A stretch of 64,000 bases of DNA from Phoronis australis. Taxonomy: Eukaryota > Animalia > Phoronida. The notes beneath the pieces were generated by a model, which made no database searches, was not told where the DNA came from, and saw only the letters and a program-made list of their open reading frames with translations. The stretch is from positions 382,912-446,911 of the forward strand of contig NMRA01000364.1 in assembly GCA_002633005.1 (NCBI GenBank), given 5' to 3'. This document shows, one piece after another, positions 1-13,896 of this stretch (position 1 is the first letter of the stretch; each line of letters starts with the position of its first letter). A program made the translations under genes and the position numbers.

Positions 1-1492
1 GCGTCCACCCCTCTATCAACCAAACCGCTCTAAGTATGATTGTGAAAATTGGCATGTATGTTCTTTCTATGAATAGGACGGTTGACACTGAATTTCCCAT
101 GACTTTGATTACTGTGGCGCCTCCTAGTGGCAGTTTTTTTTTTGCGCCCATGGCTGTATCTCCCAAACCGTTTACAGGATCTTTACTAAGTGTATTTATG
201 TGATGTTGACAACGGACGATGACGACTTTAGGATGATTCTGATCAGCAGTATGCCTCTAGTGGCAATTTTAGTATTTTACATTGACCTCTGTATTTTCAT
301 AGGTCTTCAGGTGTATACTTTGTGTTACTTCGTGACTGTGAAGGCAAAGTTCCAAGTAGAAATTTGTTTCTGGCATTCTAATGCTGTGCTAATCTCGTAT
401 GTTGGTAAATTTGTTTTTAATTCTATGTTTCTGTGGTGCTTTAAGCAACTGATGTATAGGATGTGCTTGTATTATAAAGATCACTCACATTTTACCCCTA
501 GCCTATTGAGGAGACAATGACCATGCCTTTCCATTTTGCAAAGTACAACATACTACATATATGCCCTCTACTGGCCACTTTACGGTACCAATAAACAACC
601 CTAGAAGGATACCGTATACGGTGCCATTGTGGGCGCATTTCAACGCTCAGCGTTGCTCTTGTTATGAAATTTGGTAGACAGGTTTCTATTAAAGGAATGA
701 TGACATGTTCCTGTTTTCGGATAGATTCAATGTATAGTGGTCCTTTTTATTATCGTGAAATTTTGCAAGTTGTTTTTCGGACGGGTTTGCCTACTCTGGC
801 ACCCCCTAGTGAGCATTTTGTATTTTTGCGTCCGCGGATGTGACAAAACATATGAAGTCGAGTTTCAGATCCAGCTGATGATTGATATGCCCTCTAGTGG
901 CAATTTATTTTTTTACGTTTCCTGTGCATCTTCATAATTCATTGATGGATTTTTATGAAACGTGGCAAATAGGTTCATATTAGATAGTGAACAAAGCTTT
1001 CCCTTTTTTGGACAAATTTGACGTATTGGGCACCACCCAGTGGTGATTTTCAAAAGTTTGTTTCTGTTTGTAGCATTCGCCTCTGTATCCATCAAACCAC
1101 TCCAAGGATCAATGTTAAAATTCGCAGATGTGTTTCTGATCAGAAGGCCGCAGCTAACTTTGATATTGGGACTGGTTCGACTACTTTGGCATGCCCTATT
1201 TGCAATTTTAGTTTTTTCGTCTGTGCCTGTGTCTGCTTAACTCTTTGCGAAATCTATTTTTTTAATTTGGCAGATGTGTTCCTATGGAGTTGGCAAGGGA
1301 TTATGAGTTTCAGACGCATCGGATTATCGCTATAGTCCCTAGTGGCAATTTTATTGTTTACGTAGAAATTTAGCAAACTACCTTCAGGAGACAACAGCAC
1401 CTTCCTATTCTGCGCCATCCAGTGGCCATTTTCTGATATTAATAAAGCGTTTCAGTCGTGGGTGCATTTCAACACTCTACGTTGCTCTTGTT
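1..1492 (+). mobile_element. Two adjacent partial copies of a Helentron/HINE-like non-autonomous repeat with internal core repeats
   Basis: Near-identical termini gtgggcgcatttcaacgctcagcgttgctcttgtt (~629-663) and gtgggtgcatttcaacactctacgttgctcttgtt (~1458-1492). A shared aggagacaa..ccttcc(t)attttgc block precedes both. The gccctctagtggc core recurs about every 100-300 bp. The HINE assignment is inferred from this layout. Confidence 0.5.
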
Positions 1493-3728
1493 CTTTACGT
1501 GTTTTTTTTCTTGGAATGTATGTAGCTCACATAATCGAGAGGTATCTAGAATGTGTAATCCGTTTTTCACTATGACTTACTGTCCTCTAATTATTTAAAA
1601 TTTTCTGATAACTGCTGTTCTGTTGAATGATCATTCTATGCTACACCTTATATTTTATACTCGAATGACATCTAATTTACGCACATCAAATAACTCCCCC
1701 GAGGATTACGATTTTTCGTTGAAATCATTAACAAAATGACGTTTTCATGCTGTTTGGATTTTGCCAAGTGTCGCTTTGTTAGAGAATTTCATTTGTTTCT
1801 TAACTGATAATGCCTTTGCCTTTTTCAGTTTTTAGAAATGGTTCTCGACACGACACTACTCACTAAGTGATATCACCAACAGAGAACTGGTGGACTTCAT
1901 GTAAATGACGAATAGAGTCTGCGAATGCACTGAATAAGTTTGTATGATGAACGCAAAAATCTCTGCCAAACTGTATGATCCGTACTATATGGGTGAGGAA
2001 TGCTGACACACTGGATCATACTTTTCTTGTTTACAATGTGTCTATCATGAGTCAGTTCTTTGTTAATCAATTAATTCGGTTAAAAAATTGAAAAAATGCA
2101 ATGCGCACTTGTTACTCTGACACGTGAAAATCACACATTTGTTCACTGATGAAAAATATACACGTTAATCAGTGGAAACCTGGCAATTATTTAGCCCTTA
2201 CAATCACTGCTTGTCGTTTTTCATATTATTGTTCAGGTACATATTCTAAACTTTTCACATAATTAAGTGGCGTATCTAGGTGTGGGGAGCAGACGACCGC
2301 AAGCAACACCCTGATAAGGGGTACTGCACCATCGGGAGAGGGCACCACAAACAACCAGGTGTTGCAAAATATGGTGTCAATCATTATGGGAGGCAGAGTT
2401 AACTTCCACCCCAGCTGGCTATAATTTTACCTGCACCTCTGGATTGTCCTGTAAAACATTCATAGTAATCCACTCTAACTGCTTGACGTATACTGGCATT
2501 ACCCTAACTGTATTTCCTCGATTTGATCTAAGGTCCTTGTCTCACCATCTTGAATGAAGTCCTCTCTACATTCTGAAGAATTCTGATACATGGGACTAAA
2601 ATTGAGTGGAAATAAAATAAACATTGGAAACTCTTAATGCAGTGATAGAACCCCATACCAGTGTGACATTGCTTGTTTTTGGCCAATTTTTACCAGTGTC
2701 TGCCCATCATCAGCCTGTTTCGTCAAAGTTTTAGGACAGGTGAGTCCGTTCTGAGTATGGGTTTGGTGAGACGGGGTCCAAAACGCGTTCATTTTTCAAT
2801 GGTTGATACGGTTTTTCCCGTTGACATGCCATGTTATTTGTAATCGTTCTATTAGTGACTGACAATCCGTCCTCTAAGGAAAGCATCTAAATACAATTCA
2901 AAGTATACTGTCAAGCTTGTAATGGGGTCAAGATTCCATTGATGAATGTGGGGTATCAATTTTCCTAAGCTTTGCCCCTCCTCTCACATCACCATCATTG
3001 GCGTTTTCTACTTGGCTGCTCCCCCCCCCCTTCCGCCCATCTCTACCTTCCAACCACCACCACCACCTTTGTCACCTGACTTTGCCATCATGTGTGATAG
3101 TGCATCACTACAATTCTCAACAGAGACCTAAGTTAAAGCAAAGTGCTTGAATGCAGGTGAAGATTTATTTCAAAATTAGCAATATTACGGTGGAAATCTT
3201 ACCAAGCATGTTGATTATCTTGTTTTAACTTGCAGAAAACTGAATGATCTGCTACCCTGTTCAGGTGTTGCTTTACGCAAACAAATAGTGGCTTCAGCCA
3301 AAAATGGCTTGAACGATGTCTACTTTTAGTGCTGTCCAGTGCATAAGATAGTTTTTGATGACTGCTTATCAGAAACATTTCTATTTGTAATTGAAAATTT
3401 GAAATGAAAAAAAAAACGATACTGTATTTTTCTTAAGAGAGGCTATTGTAAAATCTGCAAGGATGACCATCCGTATTCCAACACTTAATGGCTGGTGTGA
3501 CTAAGTATTTGAGATGTTACCGGTGATAGAAATGGAATTACAGTACTGTAAATACCAGAGTATTGTGTACATTGGTAGAAGATTTAGTGAATATTCACTT
3601 TAGGGCGTTTTTCTGCATTACCAGTTAGCCTTTTCTCTCTGACTCTGGAATTTTTGTATTTGAAAGTAGTTGTATTTGTAATTTAGACTTTTTTAAATAA
3701 GAAGTTGGTGATAGTGTTCCATGTCTTA

Positions 3729-3982
3729 CATGGGCGCACCCAGGGGGGCTCGGGGTGCTCGAATGAGCCCACCAATTTGGTGAATTGGGCAAAAAAGTCC
3801 GCCTCAGTGAACAAAAAATCCAAGGAAACGAGACAAAAGTCCACAGGAATTGGGCACGGAAGCACAATTCATAGGCCTGAACCTAGTGGCCCCGTTTTTT
3901 TAGTCCTGGTTGATTTTTTAGTAAAAGGTTCGCACACCAAAAAATTCAAGCCCCTGTATATTTTAGGCTGGGTGCGCGCATG
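3729..3982. mobile_element. MITE with 15-bp imperfect TIRs and 5-bp TSD
   Basis: Left TIR catgggcgcacccag (3729-3743) and right TIR ctgggtgcgcgcatg (3968-3982), flanked by tctta at 3724-3728 and 3983-3987. A related partial copy lies at ~9905-9985. Confidence 0.75.
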
Positions 3983-6693
3983 TCTTAAATGTGTAGCTTA
4001 ATCTAGAAATGATTATGGAAAATTTTTGTGTGGTGTTGAAAGAGAGACTGTTCAGGCTTTCAGACACCTAAAAATTTTCAACTTAGTTAATAAAACTAAG
4101 ACAAAGCCATGTTTGAGTTAGTTTAACACACTGAAACATCACATCTGAGGCCCACCCCGAGTGATATTTGTATCGATGACCAATCATTTTCACACCAAAA
4201 GGAAAGAGCGATGGGATTGGTAGGGACTTTTTCCAGGCAAAATCTCACCAATATAGGACACAGGGTGCACAGTGAACCAGTTGAGTTACATTTTGTTATT
4301 TTTTCCAGAAGAGACATGTAGCATCATATTAATGCTTTTGTGTATTCAAAGTCTGCACCTAAGCTACCAACAGACAATATTTAAAAAAATTGTGCCATTG
4401 GCAATTGTAGAAGCCCTTGAAAATACAGTTTTGGTTAATTATTTTTGTGCGACATCTTGGTTAGATTTTACGGTACTTGTTGCCACTTCCTGGTAAAGGA
4501 TAAAGGTTTAATTATACAGTGATTATTTTTCCATTTTTGATGCAACTATTTTTCGTCCAGTGGTATTTTCACAAAAGGTGTGCATTTATGTGTATATGTA
4601 GGTATGTAAATAAATCATGTGATGTGAAACTGTCCACTCTGTCAACAACATTGCATTGTGAAATTGTCAGTATCAGTGGAGTAAAAAATCGTTTTATCGT
4701 ATGTGGTACAATTTGAATGGTGGTATTCTCATGTCACGGAGCGAGTGTATAGTGGTATTTAGGAAGGCCCTACTCTCAGTGTGTCGCCATCTTGCGGATA
4801 ACTAAGTTACGAACCATGCCTATGATATGTGTATGCAGTGAGCAACACTTTTTCCTGCTGTGTACGCAGTGCGCATAACTATCATACTCCGGATACACCC
4901 AACTTATGCCGACCACATGTACGCCCGACAGCATTCGGTACGATTTTATTCAACGTACGTTATACATACACTGCAAGTAGGCTTACAGCTGACCGAAATA
5001 TCCGCGCCGTATTGGAATAGTAGGCAACTAGTGGCGACTCGGTTGGCCTGCGGCATTCAGGGCGATGTAAGTGCCCACACCTACAGATCCCATGACTACG
5101 GAGTGACGTCAGTGATCATCGAGGAACTGCGTTTCTCCCGCGAAAACATAGGGTGCTCGTGCCGCGCTGGACCGATATGCGGGACGGGTGGCGATGCACT
5201 GCAAATTTACAAGACTGGAGGTACGGCTCTTGGTCCGGCGATAGTATCGCTCATCAGACATTTTAGTGCAGACGTTTTCCACCAGATGACGCTGCAAAAA
5301 GTTGTCTGTTTTCGACTTTTTCCATTCATTATAGAGTAAATGTTCTTAAACATCATTGTTTAATTTCAACAACACAAAAACGCAGCTCATAGCCAGAGTC
5401 TCGTGATGTTTATGAAAATTACTACTCGGAATCTGTTGACTCGTTCAGTATGTGTTTTGGACCTGTGCATTTTGATAGTCAAATGCAATTAATTATATGA
5501 AATTGATGCCCTTATGAGTATGTACATTTTATTTTTCTTGAAAAGTTGTACATGACTGAAACACCAAAACCACTTCTTACATAATCGCTATGCTTTACGG
5601 GAAACGATATGTTGTATCAAAATATGAGATGCTTAGATTCTTACACTCAAGCGTAATCTGGAGAATCACAACAAAGCAGCAACTCTAAATATATATACAT
5701 ATAGGTGTGTGTCCGTGTACAATAAAAACGTATGATAAACTCTAGCCTAGACAGAAGTATTGGACAGGATTTTAGTATCTAATCTTATTACAAATACTGT
5801 ACAAAAAGTTTATATCAATATGAGGAAATAACTACATTTCAGCGGTTAGTGGTTAACCAAAACAAAACAACAATAAATACTAGCGTAGCCAGAACATGAG
5901 GCGGAACAGGGACGAAATTGTTGATAAGCTGTACTTGCTGGCCATGAAAGGGGGGGGGGGGTGATGTGGTAACGCAAAATGGAATGAGTGTAGACCAGGT
6001 TAAGGGTTTTCTTGTAATGGACTTTAGTGGAGGCTGTGCCCTCTTGTGATCGCCTCATTGCTACGCCAGTATAGAAATTATATACACACGAGTATGTATA
6101 AATGTAAGCATGTGCTAATAGGGTCATGTGTCAAAATCTAATCGCTATCTGTTATTTTTTGGCATTTATCCCACGCATCTGATAGGCACACTGCTATATA
6201 TCAGTAGGACAATTTGTCACGTTCCTTGTAAAAACACACCCACACTCAGCCTCCCCCCAAGACATAAAAAGGCATTATTAATCAGCAAGTAAAAATTGAT
6301 GCACTTTTTCTATGTAATATTGCTAAAAAGTCTGTATTAAGGAGCAAGTTGATACTAACTATAAAGCCCTAAGTGACCTAAATCAAAAGTTAGCTTCTTG
6401 GATGATTGACCGTTAGCTCGGCACGCCTAGTCATATGCGTGTTGGAATCGGATCCTTTTCAAGCCACCAGTAGACACAACTGAACCATGGACTTGCATAA
6501 CATCCATGGCACAGAAGACCATGGTTGGACCAAGTGCACGGCTAGAAGCAAACGTACCCTACTGTATCGGTCATGACGGCTTACACCTCAGTTTCAACGC
6601 TATCTGGTTGACGGCTTTGAGGAGAGCTCAGTGAATTACTAATTCTGATAATCATTAGCGAGATTTCCCGCAAACGGGTGAAAGTTATGTAAT

Positions 6694-9600
6694 CTAGTCA
6701 TATGGTCCACACTGGGCACCAATTCCAAGATGAGATTGCTTGACGTCAGGTGTTGCAGTGTAAAATGGCGGTGTCGAGCTCTCCAGCGTTTCCTCGCGTT
6801 CAAGTTGAAGAAGTCTACTGCGCTCTGTCGACAAGCAGTTTTCAGAGAGTGATTCCGATCTGTCAGCAGTCGATTTATGATTTTTAGGCAAATCCAGGAG
6901 AACTGTGTGTTCCTCCTGGGTCACGTCGTTTCCTTGATAGGTGGACCGCTCGTGGTTTTGGGCAGGAACCCCGCGGAGAAGGTCCGCTGTGCCGCTTCGC
7001 TCGTCATCAGTACGCTTGCTTTCGCCCTGCACATTCGTCGTGCACTCGTCACCGACATTGTCGGCCTTTGGACGAACCATACTTTCAGCATATTTCTTCT
7101 CTAAAAAACAATGAACAGTATTTTAAAACGTGGACTCGAATTTGGCGCGACACATAATTGACTTGAGTACATCAAAAAAATTAATGCACGACTGTTGAAT
7201 TCCAGGACAGTCCCTTTTCGTTAGAAGAAAGATTTGGATATTGATACAGCCATTGGCACTAGTGCTGAGCTTAAGACGTGTATGTTCGTTTCAACTCTTG
7301 CATGGTCATCTCTTGCGTAAGAAATTACTTTTTAAGTGGGAAATGCCATGAGCCGATGTTTATCACATCGACCCACGAACTCTGACCTTCAGTTGACGTG
7401 ACCTTAATTGCCCTCTGTACTGGGGAAAACCCAACAAAACATATCACGCCATACTATACGAGCAAAATCCAGCGAGGCAAGTGCAGTGTGTCACGCCACA
7501 TAGTCGCATGACTCACCTGTTGATTCAATTAATGGTCAACTCACATTTGACGACTCTGCTTCATTCACAAAAGCAACCAAGTTTTGTTACTTTTGTGTGG
7601 TCTCATATTTCGCGAGATGTTGCTGTGCATTACAATTAATTCGAAGCACGCATGATCTCATTAGCCCTTACGAAATTCAAGCTTCTACAAAGGCAGTCTT
7701 TGTCAGGATAGCACCTCACATGATGTCCCGCGCAGTCAGCAGGCCTACATGCCAGCCGGCTGGGAAAGCAAAACTTGTCAAAGTCGTTAAAAGTAATATT
7801 TTGACATTTTAATTAAAAAAAAAACGGGACAATCCACAAAATTATCTTCTTTCCAACTTGTTTGGGAGATTGTATCCGTACCCTACTACCGCGCTTCCGA
7901 CAGTGCTGTTATAGATGGAGCTTACGTACCATCCTCACGATGTCTGTTGGCGACATCCCTTTGGCTGGCAACGCCAGACGTCTGGCTGCTTGCGTCAGTT
8001 GAGTTCACCCTGGTTCCAGGAGATGGGCAGCTTGGTGGGGACGAACCTTGGCGTGCTGTACTGCTTACAACGGATGCAACACTTTGTCTCCGATCATCTG
8101 TAAACATTTAGTTCGAAATCCTATTGCAACACGCTACTAAGCCTATTGTCAGCAAGTCCTATTTTTTGAAACGTAGTCAAAAGTATTGGATGACGTAGAT
8201 GTCATCCGGGGTAATTGGCAAGCGCCATATGGAGAAACATCACTACTGGTTAAAAATATGGAGAGTATTCTTGTAAAACCAAATTTTCAAAAACTATCGA
8301 ATTCTACATCATCACCCGAATTTTGCAAACAATTCCAGCGTCTTAAAGACCAATGGCACGTCATTTCAACAGTTACTACAGTGCTAAAACATGCTTTTGA
8401 AGAAGTCACCGATGCCCACAAGATAGTCCTGCCGAAATACGCTTTTCACGTTCCAGAGCCATGTGACACTTCGCCACACGCCCGCACGGCAACACACACA
8501 CACAGTAGTATTGCAATGTATTTTAAATGAGAATGCGTGGTTTTGACTAGGTCCTTACTGAACTCTACCCTGATGTTCTGAAACCTTGGCCCTGGCCTTG
8601 TCCTCGCGATGGTCTCGCACTTTGCTGTCAGCTTGTGAGTTTTGACGAAGATGCTAATCATTTTTTTTTTAATTTATGGATTTGTGTAAAATAATTGTAT
8701 ATAGATTTCTTTGTACTTTTTTAACCCAGAAATAATGTCTCTTGGCGCTTTCTGGGTGATGTATATTCATTGTCGAAGATTTCGTAATAAACACTACAAA
8801 AAAAGTTGCTCATCATTTATCGAGTATCTACGGTCTACATCAGGATAACAATTTTCAAACAATCCAAACGCCTTAAATTATTTACGACAGCTTTACTTTG
8901 AGCCTCATTGCAAATCAGCTCACACTTGACTGCACTCGTGAAGAGCTGTCAAGGAAACAACCCGGCATTTTCTTATCGGAAATGAAACCCTTAATTCAGA
9001 TATCTAAATGCTTACCTTTTGTTTTTTTGAATTTCCATCCGAGGAGCACGACATTAGCAACAGCGCTCATGGCAAGCAGTGCAACAACAAGCCATGCCCA
9101 CCATGGTGTTGTAAGCAGTAAATCTGTAAATAACGACAAAACAACCCTTCATTTACATCATTTTGGGACTCAAAAAGAGTTGCGACAATCAAGTACTAGT
9201 CATTTCTAAATTAAAAAATGATTTTAAAATTCAATATTTAACTCTGGTTATTTTGAAAACAGTTTGGTTACGGGATAAAAGAGCAACTCAGTCAAGTTGA
9301 AACCTGGCCGTGATTTAGTTTGCTGTCAAATTCCTTTTGCGAAGTTTTGACCGAAGAGAAGCGAAGTAAGTCAGTACCTGTAACGCATAGGCTTAGAAAT
9401 GTAATCACAGAGCATGGAGATATCTCACACATAAACCATTACTGGTGAGGCTAAAAGTAACATCACCTCGTGGAAAACCCTGAACCGTTAAACCGCTGCA
9501 AATGTACTTTAAAAACAGTATCACCCCATGGAAACCCCTACTGTCAAACAGCTTCTAACGCATCTAAAAATAGAAAAACCATAACCTGTCAAGCCACATC

Positions 9601-10430
9601 TGATGTGGCATTGTTGCAGACCAAAATCATAGACTAATATCTATGGTGGTGGTCTGCGACAGTGGCATTACATTATCACCCCATGGAAAACCCCAAACTC
9701 AGGGTAACGTGACGAATCGTCGGCATTCAACGAGTCATGATGGGGCAATGGCCGCGGCCTAGTTTATTGATTCAACGCGTATACTGACACATCTCATAGG
9801 CGGATGTAGAGCGTCAGGAAACATTGACTTTATTAACTAACCCTGGTAATAAACATGCGGCTGAAACAAGATTTAACAATGTGTGAAGTTTCAATTTGTT
9901 TTTAAATTTTAGTCCTCCCCCGTTTGTTTTTTAGTAAAAGGACCACATTTTCGGAAATTCAAGCCTAAAAGATTATAGGCTGGCTGGTTTCATGCAATCG
10001 CGATTTGCGCTCCCCGAGACAAAATGTTACCNCGCCACTGATACAAATGCTTTGAAGGGATGTGTATTTCAAGCTCTCTACATATCTATAAACAATGAGC
10101 ATACACCACATTTTCTCGCGGGCGTCCATGGCGAACCCCGGCCGGGATTGACCGTGACTCGTCCAACTATTTAGTGTACGTTTTTCATCCTACTGAGAAA
10201 AGCCGATGTGTATTCGTACCTTGTCGACACTGTTGACTATATCTGGCGCAATTGTCGTCTCTGTCTTTAATGCCAGTCCCACAGATTTCACTGCACGGAC
10301 GGCAGGTTTCCAGTCCGGCTTCGTCATAATACTGCTCTCGAGGACATCGGTCGATCGTGTAGGAGTACACATCGTGGACAGCGATAACAGCGCCAAAAAT
10401 GCCAACCAAAATTTGAAAACCGGCTTTCAT
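6694..10430 (-). CDS. Receptor gene A: single-CRD TNF-receptor-superfamily-like (BCMA/TACI/Grindelwald-type) type I membrane protein, 297 aa; exons 10430-10220, 9123-9016, 8097-7930, 7100-6694
   Basis: All three introns are GT-AG and phase 1, joining to an 894-nt ORF. Exon 1 has a hydrophobic leader (MKAGFQILVGIFGAVIAV) and CRD CPREQYYDEAGLETCRPCSEICGTGIKDRDDNCARYSQQC. Exon 2 has TM PWWAWLVVALLAMSAVANVVLLGW followed by KFKKTK. Exons 3-4 encode a disordered tail containing VTQEEHTVLL. Confidence 0.85.
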
Positions 10431-10489
10431 GACTGGTCCAAGTTTCGACTACAGTAGCAGGCTCTAAGTGAGTAACCATTTTCAAGCGA

Positions 10490-10611
10490 CTTAAATAGCT
10501 TACTATAGCAAAAAACCATGGAAAACCCAGCGTCAAATACGAGGCTCTTACGTCACTCTAGAATGTAGCTTGTCTCTGGCTAACTTATGAGTTCTAGCAC
10601 GGAAAAACCCC
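10490..10611 (-). promoter_or_regulatory. Putative promoter of receptor gene A: TATA-like box, two kB-like sites, CRE/ATF-like site
   Basis: On the minus strand: TATTTAAG (10490-10497), TGGGTTTTCC (10520-10529), TGACGTAA (10548-10555), GGGGTTTTTCC (10601-10611). All lie within 185 bp upstream of the ATG. Confidence 0.55.
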
Positions 10612-10974
10612 GAGTCATTTATTGGGTCAACAAAGACGCTTTTAGTTTGTCATGGACGGTATCGACACCTAGCGGGTGGGTGCTCCGTGAAAGTACCGAT
10701 TCGGAAGTGCGCCAGACGTCGACTACCATAGCAGATTTCATTTTGTCTAATTCAAAATTGCAAAGTGTTTTTTGTTTAAAATATTGAGAGTATAAAATAT
10801 GAGCTATGCATAGGCAAACATTTTGCAACTTTATTTTATGCTTAGAAATTATGGCAAATATATATGTTTTGGAATCATAAGAATTTAAGGAGAATACTAA
10901 TTGTAGTAAGGAACGAAATATTTTGCAATTCACAAGGTAATACTCTGTTAGAAATTGATGGGTAAAACAAGTTA

Positions 10975-11500
10975 TTAAAGCAGTCTTTGGATCTTTTGGA
11001 CCAATTTTCTAGTTTTCGGGGCTGGAACCTAATCCACTATGGACAAAACTCATTGTATATGGATCGGCCTGCCAGGATATCGAGTAACACGCGTTTATGT
11101 CCCGAGGTTAAACTCTCATGGCATTAAGGTCAATTAATGTTTTTGGGAATAAACTTCAGCGTCAATCTATCCACTATTCCTGGTTTAAATTACACTCGGA
11201 AAATTAAAGAAATTCAAAAAGACTTGTCGACCTGGTTGCCTCTCGGCAAAATTACTGTCATAAAATCTTATGACTCCCGCTGCCATCACCATCAAGAGAA
11301 GAAGTCCATCTATTAGAACGTAATGCCTTTCAAATTTATTTCACAGAGTAAACCGGATAAAATTAAAAGGGTCGAAATTGTTCAGAATTTCTTGCATGGT
11401 GGCTGCAAAATGATTTATATCGCACTCTTTTTTAAAATCATTGAAATTATCTTGGTTCAGATAACAAACCATGAATATAAGTGGGAAACTGACCTAGCTA
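10975..11500 (+). mobile_element. Degenerate L1/Tx1-like LINE ORF2 fragment (post-RT region)
   Basis: Frameshifted pieces read LDLLDQFSSF..KTHCIWIG, KIKEIQKDLSTW..LGKITVIKS and FKFISQSKPDKIKR..GGCKMI. These resemble the L1/Tx1 'GKITVIKSL...FIW.GKPDKIKR...GGL' region. Confidence 0.6.
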
Positions 11501-13175
11501 TTAATGCGTCTCCTCAACCCAAATGTTTGTCGGAGATAGCTTCTCCCCAATATTCGAGGTGTTAATAAAAATAAAATAAAATTGAAAATTTAAAACGCTC
11601 CCCACCCCCCAACCATCAATTGTCACGGTTTCCTACGGCCATTGTCGAAAAACTACTCTCTTACGAGATCCGAAAAGTGGTCCAGATCTTTGTTTCAAAA
11701 ACTAACTCTTTACGACATCATAGGGAGGTCTGGACCCCCTAGGTCCTTGCCTGATGGAGTCTGAAAAGGGTACCCATTTCAGATCCCATCAGCCGACTGG
11801 GGCTGTGATGCGGTCAGTGAAACCGGGGCATCCGGGTAGAGGGTTGAAAACCAGTGAGGGATGCAATTCCTGCCTGCATTCCAGTAAACCTATATATTTC
11901 ATGTGCCTTAAGCAAACAAAAGATTCCCATTCAAAACACAGTAAGCCTAGTGCCTCTCTTGATGCCCTCCAGTTCTGTAAACCAAATAAAAGTCATCATA
12001 TTTACCAACTCACATTTTATTAAGACATATTCAAGCCAACATTTACGGATAAAAAATGGTCAATTTCAAAGCAACTAATATCAAAATGCCTTATATAAGA
12101 CCAGTGTCAAAAGAAAAATTAATAAAAGCGACATCGTCACCAAGTGTAAGATATTAGGTCCAAAGGCAGTGTATGAACTATAAGCCATTTCAATCTGATC
12201 AGCCATTTTTGAGGTACGATGTTCCGAAGTCAATCAAATTTGGAATTTTTCTAGGGTCTCCCACAACCTGAATTACCAACAGCAATGTCACTCTCATCAA
12301 AACATATCGAGATTCAGAACTAGTATACTATTCCCGTTTTGGGAGTTGTACTGCGATATCTTTATGCCCATGCAGTTGTACAGTTGTCAGCATTCGAAAA
12401 TGAAAAGGCGGAACATCTGGATCTAGAAGTCATCATGCAAGGAGCAAATATCCGGCGCAATATCCAGAAACACTCCCGACGGCGTTTTATTTTAGTTGTG
12501 CCTGTAATATGAAGCAAGTAAAAAAGTGTAAATCGTATGGGAAAGCACTAAAATATATGATCGACGTTAATCGCCTCGTATGCTAAAAAGCGGGACAATC
12601 TAATGCTGTAGCAGGGCGTGGGACAAAGCTTTTAAAAATTGGACGGTACCGCCAGAAGCGTTACAGTTATACACGTGCTGCTGAACAACTATAGAAATGC
12701 AGCATTGACACACGTATAACAATCGCATTGCCACGGCTGCCGTCACAACATCTATTGATAATCTGCCGTCTGAGCTAGACTAAGCAATATAGTATCAGAT
12801 TTAGTGACTACAAACTCCTTATTCCGTGACGCAGCAGGTGGTGATCTGCACGGAGATCCCCTCCGGGTCCGCACCTGGTCACAGTTGGACTAAAAGACCC
12901 ACAAGAACTCAATGTCTTAGTTTATAAACATTACGGAAACCATCAAGACAACTGAATTATTCGTGGAAACCATAGAAACATATATAAAAAAACATTTGGT
13001 CGACACTGAACAGAATGCCAACCTAGACGCTACCTACAGTATGCCTACATTTGTGCTACCTACAGGTTATATTGGATGTAGATTTCATTGATCGTTATAG
13101 TTGACATGACAAGGTTTGTGAAGGCTATGGGTCTAAGACGGTCTAGTGTGATTAAAACCAGCAGACAATGGAAAG

Positions 13176-13854
13176 ATGCAACTAACCTGGTCTGCTATAA
13201 ACCCACCGACGAGAAGTTGTAGCACCATTGATTATTTTCTTGCCGAGACATCGTTGTTCGAGTACATTCAAGATTTTAAAGTATTGCAATGTTATTTATT
13301 GTTGCATTTTCCTTTTATCTGTACCGTCACTACCCCTGCAAAATTATGTCAGAAAGTTACTGGTGAACCTTATATAGTATTGCAAAAACGAGTAAGATAT
13401 AGATGGCCTAATGAGAAAGGTGTATTTTTAGAAAAATTACAAAGCCAGGAAGGAAACGACAAGTGTCGAGAAATTATGAGCTGTGTTGATATTCACATAA
13501 ATGAGAGTGTTAAAGGAATAGTAGATTTGCTCCAGTCATGTGGAGCGGGCATGTACGTGAGGCAAGACAGGTGTGTAAGTAAACCCCGTAGACCTGCATG
13601 GTTTGACAGTGAATGTAAAGAGATGCAACTACAAAAGAAGCATCTACTGCGAAAATTTAGAGTGTCTCGGAGTGACTTAGACCTGAGAAATTATCTTTCT
13701 AGTAGAAATGAGAACAAAAAGTTATGCAAGAAGACGAAAACGCTATACTATACCGATAAACAAAGTGAGCTTTGTGAGTCAGTGGGCAATCCTAATAGAT
13801 TTTGGAATATTATAAAACAAAGCTTGTCAGAGCGAGTACACACTACAAAGACTG

Positions 13855-13896
<42 letters not shown>

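Noticed and set aside
1829-1905. Possible terminal exon of a plus-strand gene after a strong tttttcag acceptor
   Set aside because: Only 12-13 codons precede a stop and no upstream exons lie in the window, so it cannot be supported.
4860-5339. 159-aa ORF
   Set aside because: Non-ATG start, no recognisable domain and no supporting splice pattern.
9608-9670. Hairpin tgttgcagacca..catagactaatatctatg..tggtctgcgaca as a miRNA precursor
   Set aside because: It is more simply explained as a tiny palindromic TE remnant, and there is no evidence for processing.
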